Assembly (NCBI GenBank): GCA_963664015.2
Contig: CAXXLF010000002.1
Span: 1,376,001 to 1,440,000, forward strand
Direction: 5' to 3'
Length of the DNA: 64,000 nucleotides
From: Candidatus Binatia bacterium
Lineage (GTDB): Bacteria > Desulfobacterota > Binatia > UBA9968 > CAXXLF01
Positions 46,376 to 59,021 of the stretch are shown in pieces. Position 1 is the stretch's first letter, and each line of letters opens with the position of its first letter. The notes beneath the pieces are model-generated. The model was not told the origin of the DNA and did not search any database. It saw only the letters and a program-made list of their open reading frames with translations. The translations under genes were made by a program, and so were the position numbers.

Positions 46376-47486
46376 GGAAGCCCCCGATCGTAACGTCTCA
46401 CTCCCCTTCGGAAGCATCCTGGATCGTTACCTGGTGCGCAGCTTTAACCGGGTCTTCGTCCCCACATTGATGGCAATAGGTTTTGTGTACTTCACCGTGG
46501 AGTTCTTTGATCGCATTGATAATCTGATGAGGGCAGGAGCCTCCGCCGGGGCTGCCACGAGATACTTCCTGTATAAGATTCCCCTGCTGATTTCACGGGT
46601 GTTTGGTTTTGCCACCCTCTTTTCCACCCTTTTAACGATCGGGATGCTATCACGAACCTATGAAATCACCGCAATGCGCGCATCGGGCCTGAGTCTACAC
46701 CGCCTTGCTGCACCCTTGCTCTTCGTTTCCATGCTCATTGGAATGCTATCCTTCATGTGGAACGAGAGCCTGGTACCGCTGTTCACCCGTAAGTCCCAAT
46801 ACATCTACAAGGTCGAAGTTAAAAACCAGACCCCCAAGAGCCTCATTGGGACCCAGGGGATATGGATCCGTGGCAAAGAGGCCTTTATCAGTGTGGACTA
46901 CTTCGACGCCAAGAAAAATATACTCCAGGGGGTCACCATTTACCTCATCAACTCCGAATTTACCCTTCAAGGACTCATCGAGTCCCCTGAGGCCCGTTGG
47001 GACGGGTCACGCTGGCGCACCGGCGAGAGTACCGGATGGACCTTGCTGTCCGACGGCCGGCTTAGCCAGCAGCAGGCAACCGTAAGGGTTCTCCCCATCT
47101 CCGAGAAACCGGAAGACTTCAAGATCCTGGCCCGCAAGGCAGAAGAGTTCAACTTCTTCGAGCTCAAGCGGCAAATCAAAGATCTAACCGATAAGGGGAT
47201 TGATACCACCGAGTACGCAGTCGATCTGCAGGTCAAGCTTGCGTTTCCAATGATCCCTTCCCTCATGGTCCTACTGGCTATCCCCTTTGCCCTCAAACAG
47301 GGGACCCGAGCGGGAGTTGCGATCTCCTTTGGATTTACCATGCTCATCGGGCTCGCCCACCTGACCCTCATGGCCTTTTGCGTTTCTCTCGGCCATAGCG
47401 GTGCCATGCAGCCATGGATGGCCGCATGGTTACCCAATTTCGTATTGGCATTAGTTGGGATCTATTACATGACCGGTGAGGAGTAA
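46104..47486 (+). CDS. lptG: HU-LptG fusion: N-terminal HU DNA-binding domain (aa 1-90) fused to LPS export permease LptG
   Basis: MTKADLI...GFGTF...GRNPKTG...FKAGKGLK, then ILDRYL, EITAMRASGLS, AAWLPN in one open frame directly after lptF. Confidence 0.9.
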   Translation: MTKADLIESATNKSGLPRQSVENIINDVFNGITAALKSGDKVNISGFGTFSISQRKARTGRNPKTGESIQITASRAAKFKAGKGLKESLAWEAPDRNVSLPFGSILDRYLVRSFNRVFVPTLMAIGFVYFTVEFFDRIDNLMRAGASAGAATRYFLYKIPLLISRVFGFATLFSTLLTIGMLSRTYEITAMRASGLSLHRLAAPLLFVSMLIGMLSFMWNESLVPLFTRKSQYIYKVEVKNQTPKSLIGTQGIWIRGKEAFISVDYFDAKKNILQGVTIYLINSEFTLQGLIESPEARWDGSRWRTGESTGWTLLSDGRLSQQQATVRVLPISEKPEDFKILARKAEEFNFFELKRQIKDLTDKGIDTTEYAVDLQVKLAFPMIPSLMVLLAIPFALKQGTRAGVAISFGFTMLIGLAHLTLMAFCVSLGHSGAMQPWMAAWLPNFVLALVGIYYMTGEE

Positions 47487-47504
47487 CCGGTCCCCGACAG
47501 GCCG

Positions 47505-48587
47505 CTAAGGGACCAGGGCCGATCCCTGAAGCGCCTCTGTCTCCGGGAATCCGCACATCAGGTTCATATTTTGCACGGCCTGGCCTGCGGCCCCCTTGAC
47601 GAGGTTGTCAATGGCGGTGATTACCACCAAACGCTTCAAGCGAGGTTCGATACGCAGTCCGATGGCACAATCGTTGGAGCCCCGGACATCCTTGGTCTCG
47701 GGAAAACAGCCGGGAGGAAGTAGACGGACGAAGGGTTCACCCCGATAATAGTTCCGGTAGACCTCGGTGATTCTTTCCTCCTCTAGCGGCTTCACCAGCT
47801 CAAAATACAGTGTGGACAATATACCTCGATTCATGGGGACCAAATGAGGCACGAATATTACGGGAACTGTCTTTTTGGCAATCCAACTAAGTTCCTGTTC
47901 AATCTCCGGTGCGTGGCGATGGGTGCCCACCTGATAGGCCTTGAAATTCTCGTTGACCTCGCTATAGGAAAGCTCAACTGAACCGGCTCTGCCGGCTCCG
48001 GTTACACCGGATTTGGAATCGACCAGGACCGGACCACGAACGAGCTTTGCGGCAACCAGGGGAACCGCCCCTAGCAGGGCACCTGTTGGGTAACAGCCCG
48101 GATTTGCCACGAGCCCCGCTCGGACGATCCGCTTTCGATTGAGCTCAGACAAGCCGTAAATGGCCCGGGACAGGAGATGGGGGGCCTTGTGAGGCCGGTA
48201 CCACTTAGCATAGACTTTGGGGTCGTGAAGTCGAAAATCGGCGCTCAGATCGATAACCCGTCTTCCTGCTTTGAACAGGGCGGGGACCAGATCCATCGAG
48301 GTCTCATGGGGCAGGGCTGTAAAAACCAGGTCGCACCGGGGGAGAATTGTTTCAAGGTTGATCTCCTCCAAAACCATGTCACACCGACCCGCCAACGACG
48401 GGTAGATCTCACAGATGTTCTTTCCGGTATATTGCTGGGAGGTCAGCACCGACAACTGGACGCGCGGATGCTGGACTAGGAGGCGCAACAGCTCAACCCC
48501 CGCATAACCCGTGGCACCCAACACGGCCACACGGAGTTGGGCCGTGTTCTTGAGGGGACCGCTTGCAGTCCTAGCCAACGATTTCAA
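47505..48587 (-). CDS. argC: N-acetyl-gamma-glutamyl-phosphate reductase
   Basis: [43 protein letters not shown]. Confidence 0.96.
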   Translation of the reverse strand: MKSLARTASGPLKNTAQLRVAVLGATGYAGVELLRLLVQHPRVQLSVLTSQQYTGKNICEIYPSLAGRCDMVLEEINLETILPRCDLVFTALPHETSMDLVPALFKAGRRVIDLSADFRLHDPKVYAKWYRPHKAPHLLSRAIYGLSELNRKRIVRAGLVANPGCYPTGALLGAVPLVAAKLVRGPVLVDSKSGVTGAGRAGSVELSYSEVNENFKAYQVGTHRHAPEIEQELSWIAKKTVPVIFVPHLVPMNRGILSTLYFELVKPLEEERITEVYRNYYRGEPFVRLLPPGCFPETKDVRGSNDCAIGLRIEPRLKRLVVITAIDNLVKGAAGQAVQNMNLMCGFPETEALQGSALVP

Positions 48588-48976
48588 CGTTTAGAGTATT
48601 GGGGACGCTTGCGCGCTTTGTGGAGACCGTATTTCTTTCGTTCTACCGCGCGCGGGTCTCGGGTGACAAAACCCGCCTTTTTTAGCGGTGCACGAAATTC
48701 CGGATTGAGTCGCATAAGGGCACGGGTGATCCCATGGCGAATAGCCCCCGCCTGACCCGATATCCCCCCCCCACAGACATTGACCTGGATATCGTAACTG
48801 CCTTCGCCGTGAATTAAGTCCAGAGGCTGTTGTACAATACGGCGGGCCGTTTCACGACCGAAATAGTCGTTCAGGGAACGATGGTTGACTCGGATCTCCC
48901 CTTTGCCGTGTTTTAGAAAAACTCTGGCGACTGAGGTCTTCCGCCGTCCGGTTGCGTAATAACTTTCTTCTGCCAT
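48584..48976 (-). CDS. rpsI: 30S ribosomal protein S9
   Basis: [33 protein letters not shown]. Confidence 0.98.
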   Translation of the reverse strand: MAEESYYATGRRKTSVARVFLKHGKGEIRVNHRSLNDYFGRETARRIVQQPLDLIHGEGSYDIQVNVCGGGISGQAGAIRHGITRALMRLNPEFRAPLKKAGFVTRDPRAVERKKYGLHKARKRPQYSKR

Positions 48977-48986
48977 GAATTTAGCC

Positions 48987-49427
48987 TTAGCCGCCGATTA
49001 CCAGCGGTTGTGGGTTTTGGGCCTCATGAGGATGCTCTGGACCCGGGTAGATTTTTAATTTCCGCAGTAGTTCCCTGCTTAAACGATTCCTTGGCAACAT
49101 CCCTTTGACAGCCAATTGCACAATCGCAGTGGGCTTTTTCTCACGCATTTTGGCGGCTGTAGTCTCACGAATTCCGCCGGGATACTCGGAATGGCGGTAG
49201 TAGGTTTTCTGTTCCCACTTCCTTCCTGTCAGGGCTATTTGCTTGGCATTCACCACGATGACGAAGTCGCCAACGTCCACGTGGGGGGAGAAAATGGGTT
49301 TGTGCTTACCTCTGAGTACCCTCGCTACTGCCGTTGCCAATCTGCCGAGAACCTTCCCTTGCGCGTCCACGATATACCACTGGCGTTGGGCCAAGGCGTC
49401 TTTTTTATTCATCTGAAAGGTTCCCAT
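48987..49427 (-). CDS. rplM: 50S ribosomal protein L13
   Basis: [34 protein letters not shown]. Confidence 0.97.
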   Translation of the reverse strand: MGTFQMNKKDALAQRQWYIVDAQGKVLGRLATAVARVLRGKHKPIFSPHVDVGDFVIVVNAKQIALTGRKWEQKTYYRHSEYPGGIRETTAAKMREKKPTAIVQLAVKGMLPRNRLSRELLRKLKIYPGPEHPHEAQNPQPLVIGG

Positions 49428-49503
49428 GTCAGGAATCAATCCATTCGGCCAGAAGGCCAGATATCTTCCAGCCTCCTGGCGAATCAGCTCTCTTAATTAA
49501 TAA

Positions 49504-49580
<77 letters not shown>

Positions 49581-49622
49581 ATCACTTATCAATTGAGCTC
49601 AGTCTATTTATGTCACTCAGTA

Positions 49623-49694
49623 TGGGCGGTACAGGATTTGAACCTGTGACCCTCGGCTTGTAAGGCCGATGCTCTCCCACTGAGCTAACCGCCC
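49623..49694 (-). tRNA. tRNA-Val (TAC), no encoded CCA
   Basis: GGGCGGT...TCGGC-CT-TAC-AA-GCCGA...ACCGCCCA. Confidence 0.93.
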
Positions 49695-49789
49695 CCTCGC
49701 GGTTCCGGATTCGACCCGTGAGTACCAACTCAGATCCGGTACCGACTCTCATTTACCCCGGTTATCCGTATCCAGTCGATAAGAGTGAA

Positions 49790-50062
49790 TCAGGCGAGGG
49801 ATTCTTTTAAACCCTTACCAGCCTTAAATTTTGCAGCACGAGAAGCAGTAATCTGAATCGATTCTCCAGTTTTTGGATTTCTCCCAGTCCTTGCCTTACG
49901 TTGGGAAATCGCAAATGTTCCAAATCCGGAGATATTCACCTTCTCTCCGCTTTTTAATGCAGCTGTTATGCCGTTGAAAACCTCATTAATGATATCCTCA
50001 ACACTCTGCTTGGGGAGTCCCGCTTTGTTGGTTGCAGATTCAATTAGATCAGCTTTGGTCAT
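49790..50062 (-). CDS. hup: Histone-like DNA-binding protein HU
   Basis: 90 aa, GFGTF...R.GRNPKTG.....FKAGK.LK; usual position after lon. Confidence 0.97.
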   Translation of the reverse strand: MTKADLIESATNKAGLPKQSVEDIINEVFNGITAALKSGEKVNISGFGTFAISQRKARTGRNPKTGESIQITASRAAKFKAGKGLKESLA

Positions 50063-50107
50063 GAACGGTCCCTCTCTATATTAGGAAGTCCAACGGTATA
50101 ATGTTGG

Positions 50108-50137
50108 CTTATAGCAGCACATCCGTAGCTATGTCAA
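50108..50137 (-). promoter_or_regulatory. Putative sigma70 promoter for hup
   Basis: Minus strand TTGACA-18 nt-TATAAG, with TGn extended -10. Confidence 0.55.
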
Positions 50138-50172
50138 CCAAAACCCCATTCAGCCTGAACCGGAGGCGTGGA

Positions 50173-52629
<2,457 letters not shown>

Positions 52630-52642
52630 AAAAGCTTTCTCC

Positions 52643-53896
52643 CTATGCGCTTTCTGCCGCCTTACTATATACAACGATCGGCGGGCCGTTGCGAGTCACC
52701 ACCTCATCGGAAATGATGACCTCTTTAATGTCCGGTTGGGAGGGCATTTCATACATCACATCCAGCATTGAGTTTTCCATGATTGCCCGAAGTCCACGGG
52801 CACCGGATTTCCGTTTCATGCCCTCTGCGGCAATAGCCCAGAGGGCCTCTTCGGTAAATTTGAGATGAACCCCTTCCATCTCGAAGAGCTTCACGTACTG
52901 CTTGGTCAACGCATTTTTGGGTTCCTTCAAGATCCGCACCAGGGCAGCCTCATCGAGCTCCTCCAGAGTTGCTATGACCGGCAACCGGCCGATAAATTCC
53001 GGAATCAAGCCAAATTTCAAAAGGTCTTCCGGTTGCACCTCGTGCAACAGTTCAATATCCTGTCGCCCATCCTGCCGTTCGATCTCTCCTCCGAAACCCA
53101 TTCTCTTGCGTCCCGTCCTGCGCCGGATAATATCTTCCAACCCCACAAAGGCCCCACCACAGACAAAGAGGATATTGGTCGTATCCACCTGCAAAAACTC
53201 CTGCTGTGGATGCTTCCGGCCCCCCTTGGGAGGCACACTGGCCATGGTCCCCTCGATAATCTTTAGCAGCGCCTGTTGCACCCCTTCGCCGGAAACGTCC
53301 CGCGTAATGGAAGGGTTTTCCGATTTGCGCGATATCTTATCGATCTCATCAATGTAGACGATCCCGCGCTGGGCCTTTTCAACATCATAATCGGCCGCCT
53401 GCAAAAGGTTTAAGATGATATTCTCGACGTCCTCACCTACGTATCCGGCCTCTGTCAGGCTCGTGGCATCGGCGATGGTAAAAGGGACATGAAGAAAACG
53501 CGCCAGAGTCTGGGCCAGCAACGTCTTGCCTGAGCCCGTGGGTCCAAGCAAAAGAATGTTGCTCTTTTGTAGTTCTGCATCGCCCGATGCCAGCTGGGTA
53601 TCGATGCGTTTGTAGTGGTTGTGGACGGCCACGGAAAGGATTTTTTTGGCCCGCTCTTGCCCCACCACGTATTGATCCAATACCCGCTTGACCTCTATCG
53701 GCTTCGGTACACCCGAGGAGGACGAAAGGGTCTCTTCGTGATCGCACTCCTCTGCAATAATATCGTTACATAGGTCGATGCATTCATCGCAGATGTAAAC
53801 CGTTGGTCCGGCAATGAGCTTGCGGACCTCATCCTGGCTCTTGCCGCAGAAAGAGCAAACCAGATTCCCTGATCGGTCGTCACCGTGCTTTGGCAT
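52643..53896 (-). CDS. clpX: ATP-dependent Clp protease ATP-binding subunit ClpX
   Basis: CSFCGK...[22 protein letters not shown]. Confidence 0.98.
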   Translation of the reverse strand: MPKHGDDRSGNLVCSFCGKSQDEVRKLIAGPTVYICDECIDLCNDIIAEECDHEETLSSSSGVPKPIEVKRVLDQYVVGQERAKKILSVAVHNHYKRIDTQLASGDAELQKSNILLLGPTGSGKTLLAQTLARFLHVPFTIADATSLTEAGYVGEDVENIILNLLQAADYDVEKAQRGIVYIDEIDKISRKSENPSITRDVSGEGVQQALLKIIEGTMASVPPKGGRKHPQQEFLQVDTTNILFVCGGAFVGLEDIIRRRTGRKRMGFGGEIERQDGRQDIELLHEVQPEDLLKFGLIPEFIGRLPVIATLEELDEAALVRILKEPKNALTKQYVKLFEMEGVHLKFTEEALWAIAAEGMKRKSGARGLRAIMENSMLDVMYEMPSQPDIKEVIISDEVVTRNGPPIVVYSKAAESA

Positions 53897-53923
53897 AGCA
53901 GAGTTCCTCTAAATGCTTTTAGC

Positions 53924-54526
53924 TTACTTCTTTGGATCGACTTCCCAACGGTTGGCGATCACTTCATCCACCAGACCGTATTCCAACGCCTGTTTGCCGG
54001 ACATAAAAAAATCACGGTCCGTGTCTTTCTCGATCTTTTTGATACTTTGGCCCGTGTGCTTCACCAGAATATTGTTTAACTCCTCGCGCATTCTGAGGAT
54101 CTCCCGCGCATGTATATCGATATCAGCCGCAACCCCCTCGAAGCCGCCCAAGGGCTGATGAATCATAATGCGTGAATGGGGCAAGGCGTTTCGTTTTCCA
54201 CTGGATCCGGCAGCCAAAAGGATCGCTCCCATACTCGCCGCCTGTCCCATACATACGGTCGAGACCTGGGGCTTGATGTATTCCATGGTATCGTAGATGG
54301 CTAATCCGGAGGTGACCGATCCTCCGGGCGAATTGATATAGAAAAAAATATCCCGCTCGGGGTCCTCCGACTCCAGAAAGAGCAACTGGGCCGTGATCAC
54401 ATTGGCCACATCGTCATTGATCGGGCTCCCCAAAAATACGATCCGGTCCTTTAGTAAACGGGAATAGATGTCGTAAGCTCGCTCACCGCGCCCGGTTTGT
54501 TCAACTACCATTGGAATAAAATTCAT
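53924..54526 (-). CDS. clpP: Clp protease proteolytic subunit
   Basis: [32 protein letters not shown]. Confidence 0.98.
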   Translation of the reverse strand: MNFIPMVVEQTGRGERAYDIYSRLLKDRIVFLGSPINDDVANVITAQLLFLESEDPERDIFFYINSPGGSVTSGLAIYDTMEYIKPQVSTVCMGQAASMGAILLAAGSSGKRNALPHSRIMIHQPLGGFEGVAADIDIHAREILRMREELNNILVKHTGQSIKKIEKDTDRDFFMSGKQALEYGLVDEVIANRWEVDPKK

Positions 54527-54558
54527 CTTTGGCCTATTCCTTGTCCCGCTATAATATT

Positions 54559-55905
54559 TTATCTCTTTTCCTTGCGCTCATCAACCTTTGATTTTGATAA
54601 TGGGTTAGATGTATTCAACGATTCCATTTCTTCTACCTTAGCGTGTTCTAACAAGAAGTCCAAAGTCCGCTCAAAAACAAGCTGCGACCGAAGATCCTGC
54701 CGGGCATCTTCTCTTTTATAATAATCGCGCAAGGCGATGGCCTGATCTTTGACCGAACGCACCAGTTCATCGATTCGCTTCTGCAAATCATCGTCGCTAA
54801 CCTTGATCTTTTCCTTATCCGCAATGGTTTCCACCAGGAGCGTACCCTGGACCTGTCGACGAGCCTGGGGCTCGAGCTCCTTTCGCAGCTCTTCGAGGGA
54901 GCGGCCTTGAGTTCCGTCGGGGGAGCCGGCGGGATCGGGACTCCGTTGCTGGCGTTCCATGAGATAACGAAGTTGCTGATCCAGCATGGCGCTGGGCACT
55001 TCAAAGTCATGGGATTCAATCAAATGGCTGAGAAGCTGCTCTTTTAATTCCCGAGTTTGGATCTCCCCAAGTTCCGACTCCAAGCGTCCCCGCACCTTTT
55101 CCCTCAACTCCTTCACCGAATCGCATTCACCGTAGTCCTTGGCAAATTCGTCGTCCAAGGAAGGCACGACCTTGGTCTTGATCTCCTTGACATGGATACT
55201 GAAGACGGCTTCTTTCCCCGCCAGTTGCTTATTGGGAGCCTCGTTGGGAAAGGTCAAAGTAATCGAATGGTCAATCCCCGTCTTCAATCCCACGAGGGCC
55301 TCTTCAAACTGGGGCAACGCCCTCCCCCCATTTACCTGTAGAAGGTAGTTCTCCCCTTTATTTTCAGGGAAGGGTTTGCCGTCAACGGTACCGACAAAAT
55401 CGAGTTGTACAAAGTCTTCCGTCTGCACGACATCCCGATCCTCCACCGGCTGTAGCTGAGCATGGGCGTCCTGGAGGCCCTTCAACGCGTCGTCGATCTG
55501 GCTGTCTTCAACCTTCAGCTTGAGCCTTTCCATTTCCAGGCCCAAGTAATTTTTGATATCAATTTCCGGCTTAACTTCGATTACGGCGGAGAAGGTAAAT
55601 GGGCTTCCATCGGCCAGATCCCCAGGTTCCACTTCCGGACGGGAAACCACGTGCAAACCCTTTTCCTGGACAACCTGCCGTAGAGACTGCTCCACCAAGT
55701 TGGCCAGCGTTCGACTCTTCACCTCGTCACCATAGATCCCTTGAAGAACCTGGCGCGGGACCTTCCCGGCTCGGAATCCCTTGACGCGGGACCGCTGGCT
55801 CACACTGCCATAGGCACGGGTGAACTCCTCCTTGACAGTGTCACCGGGGACCTGGACTCGGATTTTGCGCTGGACCGGGCTCAAGACATCGATATCGAAT
55901 TTCAT
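54559..55905 (-). CDS. tig: Trigger factor
   Basis: GFRAGKVP ribosome-binding motif, FKBP domain, LDDEFAK. Confidence 0.96.
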   Translation of the reverse strand: MKFDIDVLSPVQRKIRVQVPGDTVKEEFTRAYGSVSQRSRVKGFRAGKVPRQVLQGIYGDEVKSRTLANLVEQSLRQVVQEKGLHVVSRPEVEPGDLADGSPFTFSAVIEVKPEIDIKNYLGLEMERLKLKVEDSQIDDALKGLQDAHAQLQPVEDRDVVQTEDFVQLDFVGTVDGKPFPENKGENYLLQVNGGRALPQFEEALVGLKTGIDHSITLTFPNEAPNKQLAGKEAVFSIHVKEIKTKVVPSLDDEFAKDYGECDSVKELREKVRGRLESELGEIQTRELKEQLLSHLIESHDFEVPSAMLDQQLRYLMERQQRSPDPAGSPDGTQGRSLEELRKELEPQARRQVQGTLLVETIADKEKIKVSDDDLQKRIDELVRSVKDQAIALRDYYKREDARQDLRSQLVFERTLDFLLEHAKVEEMESLNTSNPLSKSKVDERKEKR

Positions 55906-55962
55906 ATTTCGCTTCCCAATTCAGAACTGTGAAAGATTCTTAATATACAATTTAATTAACAA

Positions 55963-56045
55963 TGGTGCGAGAGGGGGGATTCGAACCCCCACGGTTACCC
56001 GCTAGATCCTAAGTCTAGTGCGTCTGCCAATTCCGCCACTCTCGC
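55963..56045 (-). tRNA. tRNA-Leu (TAG)
   Basis: GCGAGAG...CTAGA-CT-TAG-GA-TCTAG, variable arm, ACCA. Confidence 0.95.
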
Positions 56046-56286
56046 ACCCCCACTTTCGCAAGATGCGTAGCCACGCCCCACTGCAACTCCCGGCCTCGCC
56101 CCACAGGGCCAAGGCCTCCCTTATAACTATTGGAAAGAACAGTATGAAACAACAGGAAGTTATGTCAAGCACCGACCGGGGGCATTATTGAGGGGTCGTA
56201 TCCCCAATATAGATTCTCCGTGACGGACTGAGTCCGAATTATTGTCCACATTGTTGAGTGCACCGGTTAGACGAAGAGGCAAACGT

Positions 56287-56385
56287 GAGCAGTCGAACAA
56301 TAGAGGATTAGAACGCATCTATGCATTTTTCATTGTTCCAATGTCTAGTGCTCCAATGCTCTAAAATTTTGCACCGCAAAATTTT
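56287..56385. repeat. 10-bp hairpin plus octamer inverted repeats, 3' of tRNA-Lys
   Basis: AAAATTTTGC-ACC-GCAAAATTTT at 56363-56385; GAGCAGTC GAACAATA GAGGATTA ... CATTGTTC CAATGTCT AGTGCTC CAATGCTC. Confidence 0.6.
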
Positions 56386-56388
56386 TGA

Positions 56389-56461
56389 TGGGCCGCCGGA
56401 GGCTCGAACTCCGGACCCGCTGATTAAGAATCAGCTGCTCTACCAACTGAGCTAGCGGCCC
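56389..56461 (-). tRNA. tRNA-Lys (CTT), no encoded CCA
   Basis: GGGCCGC...GCTGA-TT-CTT-AA-TCAGC...GCGGCCCA. Confidence 0.93.
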
Positions 56462-56879
56462 ATCACATCATTCAGTAACCTAACCTAACATAATATTACA
56501 AGGGCCTAATGAGGGCTCGGTGCAAGGGATATATGGGAGCGAAGATTTTTTTAGGGTAGCATGCCGCCGGCTATTTGCAAAGTCTGAAGACGGTTCCAAG
56601 CCAATTGGAAGAAAGGACAAGAGAGGGGGGGGCCGGGGACCAAGTGATACAGCGCCTGGTGGTCACCTCCTTCTTAGATGGTACCATCATATATATAAGG
56701 GAACGGGTTGATCCAACTGCACGGCTCCCGGCCCCACTTAGGCCGTTCCAAACAAGGCCACCTCGTGGTGAAAAATGCAAGGGAAAAGCATCAGACAGAG
56801 GTCTTTGACCGGGCTGAAAAACACACGCGCATTGCTACGCAAATTCCAGCTCACACGTCGGGTCTCCAAGCCCGGTCGA

Positions 56880-56995
56880 AAGCCCCACCGTTGGGAGGCT
56901 TCCTATCCGCAGGGAATTAATTGGTCTCTGGATTTAGAGCCTAGACTATTATTTGCCGTTCTCGATGACGCCATTGCCAAATATCCGCGAAGGCG
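56880..56995 (+). pseudogene. Possible N-terminal remnant of a long-chain acyl-CoA ligase (FadD-like)
   Basis: HRWEASYPQGINWSLDLEPRLLFAVLDDAIAKYP resembles the W..SYP.G.....L...LD.A...YP start of FadD/PimA proteins; no AMP-binding core follows. Confidence 0.4.
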
Positions 56996-57077
56996 GCAAA
57001 GGGGCTTCAAGACCTCGGCGTCGGCCAAGGGAAAGTCAGGGGGGGAAGGAATAAACTATCTGTCAATTTTGCAAATT

Positions 57078-57155
57078 TGGGGTGAGTGAAGGGACTTGAA
57101 CCCTCAACCCCTGGTGCCACAGACCAGTGCTCTAACCATTTGAGCTACACTCACC
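57078..57155 (-). tRNA. tRNA-His (GTG)
   Basis: G-1 GTGAGTG...CTGGT-CT-GTG-GC-ACCAG...CCCA. Confidence 0.94.
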
Positions 57156-57171
57156 ACATCCCAGGCCCGAT

Positions 57172-57248
57172 TGGTGCGCCAGAAGGGATTTGAACCCCTG
57201 ACCTACGGCTTAGAAGGCCGTTGCTCTATCCACCTGAGCTACTGGCGC
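57172..57248 (-). tRNA. tRNA-Arg (TCT)
   Basis: GCGCCAG...ACGGC-CT-TCT-AA-GCCGT...ACCA. Confidence 0.95.
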
Positions 57249-57365
57249 CGGTAGTTAGAATTTAGTTAATGGTCAATAGTCCTACCATCCCGCCTCCATT
57301 TAGAACAGAGCCGATGACTACTGACTGTTGGCAATTGGCCGCGATGGAGCCAGTTTGGCCAGCTT

Positions 57366-57427
57366 TATTGCGCTATTGCTCAATCACTCCATTGCTCTAA
57401 AGCAAACGCACGATTGCGTTTGCTTTA
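57366..57427. repeat. 13-bp hairpin plus octamer array, 3' of tRNA-Pro
   Basis: TAAAGCAAACGCA-CGAT-TGCGTTTGCTTTA at 57398-57427; TATTGCGC TATTGCTC AATCACTC CATTGCTC at 57366-57397. Confidence 0.65.
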
Positions 57428-57428
57428 C

Positions 57429-57509
<81 letters not shown>

Positions 57510-57547
57510 TACCAAGCAGGGTCATTGTACACTCGGCGCAGATGATT

Positions 57548-58165
57548 TCAAGGTTTGACCCGGAGCGAGGAGTGCAACGGCAGTTCCTCTTTGAGCTTTC
57601 TCAAGGCCCCACCCCGGTGGCTCACCCCTCCTTTGGTCTCCCGGTCCAGTTGGGCAAAGGTTTTTCCCAACGGAGGATAAAAAAAAAGTGGATCGTAGCC
57701 AAACCCCTGATCTCCTGCCAGTGCAAAGGCAATAGACCCTTCGCATTCCCCCCTAAACAACCATTGTCGTCCGCCCGAGTCCGAAGGTTCACAGAGGGCT
57801 ATCACGCAAACAAAACGCGCGCCTCGCTCAGACCAAGAGAGACCAGCCATGGCATGTAGCAAACGCTCATTGTTTTTTTTGTCGTTTCCCTGTCCCCCAC
57901 CGTACCGTGCGGAACGGATACCGGGGGCGCCACCCAAGGCGTAGACCTCGAGCCCAGAGTCGTCCGCTAGAGTTACCTTACCCGAGTATTCGGCCATCGT
58001 TCGGGCCTTTTTTAGCGCATTTTCCTCGAAGGTTTTTCCGTCCTCCGTAACCTTGGGAGGGGCAATGAGCTCTTCCAGGGAAATGAGCTGGAGGGGAAGC
58101 TCTCCAAGGGCGCCCTTGAATTCGGCGAGCTTGCCCCTATGGGTGGTTGCCACTAGGAGCTGCAC
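57548..58165 (-). CDS. rdgB: XTP/dITP diphosphatase (HAM1 family)
   Basis: TFEENALKKA, ADDSGL, PGIRSARY, GFGYDPLF, SHRG. Confidence 0.95.
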   Translation of the reverse strand: MQLLVATTHRGKLAEFKGALGELPLQLISLEELIAPPKVTEDGKTFEENALKKARTMAEYSGKVTLADDSGLEVYALGGAPGIRSARYGGGQGNDKKNNERLLHAMAGLSWSERGARFVCVIALCEPSDSGGRQWLFRGECEGSIAFALAGDQGFGYDPLFFYPPLGKTFAQLDRETKGGVSHRGGALRKLKEELPLHSSLRVKP

Positions 58166-58174
58166 GGGCGAGGC

Positions 58175-58897
58175 TTAGGCAAAGCTTGCGATTGCCTTCT
58201 TTTGCATCTCGAGGAGCTCACGAATCCCTTTTTGCGCCACTTCGACCATTCGGTCCATCCGTGCCTTGCTGAAAGGTGTTTGCTCCGCGGTCCCTTGGAT
58301 TTCGACGAAGTGTCCTGACCCTGTCATGACAAAGTTCATATCCACCTCGGCGTGACTGTCTTCCGGCGCATTGAGATCCAGGAGGATCTTTCGACCCACG
58401 ATCCCCACGCTCACGGCCGCCACGGCATCTTTCACCAGATCCTTTTCCGTTATTCCCTTGTGCGAGGCGCTGCGTATGGCCTCGACTAACGCAACATACG
58501 CCCCCGTAATAGAAGCCGTACGGGTACCGCCATCGGCCTGGATTACATCACAGTCCATCCAGAAAGTGCGCTCGCCTAGGGCTTCCAAATTCACCACGGC
58601 CCGAAGGCTGCGGCCAATGAGCCTCTGAATCTCATGGGTCCGACCTCCGACCTTGCCTCTGGTCGCTTCCCGGGGAATACGGATCTGCGACGAAGAGGGT
58701 AGCATCCCATATTCCGCTGTGATCCAACCCTTGCCGCTGTTGCGCAGGAACGGAGGGACCCTGTCTTCCAGTTTGGCCGTGCAGATCACCCGCGTGCCGC
58801 CCATTTCGATAAATGCCGAACCGTCGGCGTGCTTGATATAGCTCGGCGTAATAGTAATCCCTCTCAGTTCTCTCTCTCTCCTACCGTCTTCCCGCAT
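58175..58897 (-). CDS. rph: Ribonuclease PH
   Basis: [37 protein letters not shown]; ATG at 58897. Confidence 0.97.
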   Translation of the reverse strand: MREDGRRERELRGITITPSYIKHADGSAFIEMGGTRVICTAKLEDRVPPFLRNSGKGWITAEYGMLPSSSQIRIPREATRGKVGGRTHEIQRLIGRSLRAVVNLEALGERTFWMDCDVIQADGGTRTASITGAYVALVEAIRSASHKGITEKDLVKDAVAAVSVGIVGRKILLDLNAPEDSHAEVDMNFVMTGSGHFVEIQGTAEQTPFSKARMDRMVEVAQKGIRELLEMQKKAIASFA

Positions 58898-59021
58898 GTG
58901 TTGCCTTTCAGCCTGTAGTGCAGCTTGAAAATTGCTATTGAATTGGACGCGATCCCGCCAGCGACTTTCTTTCTGATCCGACAACTCTTTGTGGCGGTCT
59001 CTTGGATAAACCTTACTTCAC

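Noticed and set aside
46074-46376. HU copy as a collapsed-repeat or misassembly artefact
   Set aside because: The copies differ at 11 positions plus the stop codon, the insert sits between the naturally adjacent lptF and lptG, and removing it restores a sensible start. Unlikely to be an artefact, but only reads can exclude it.
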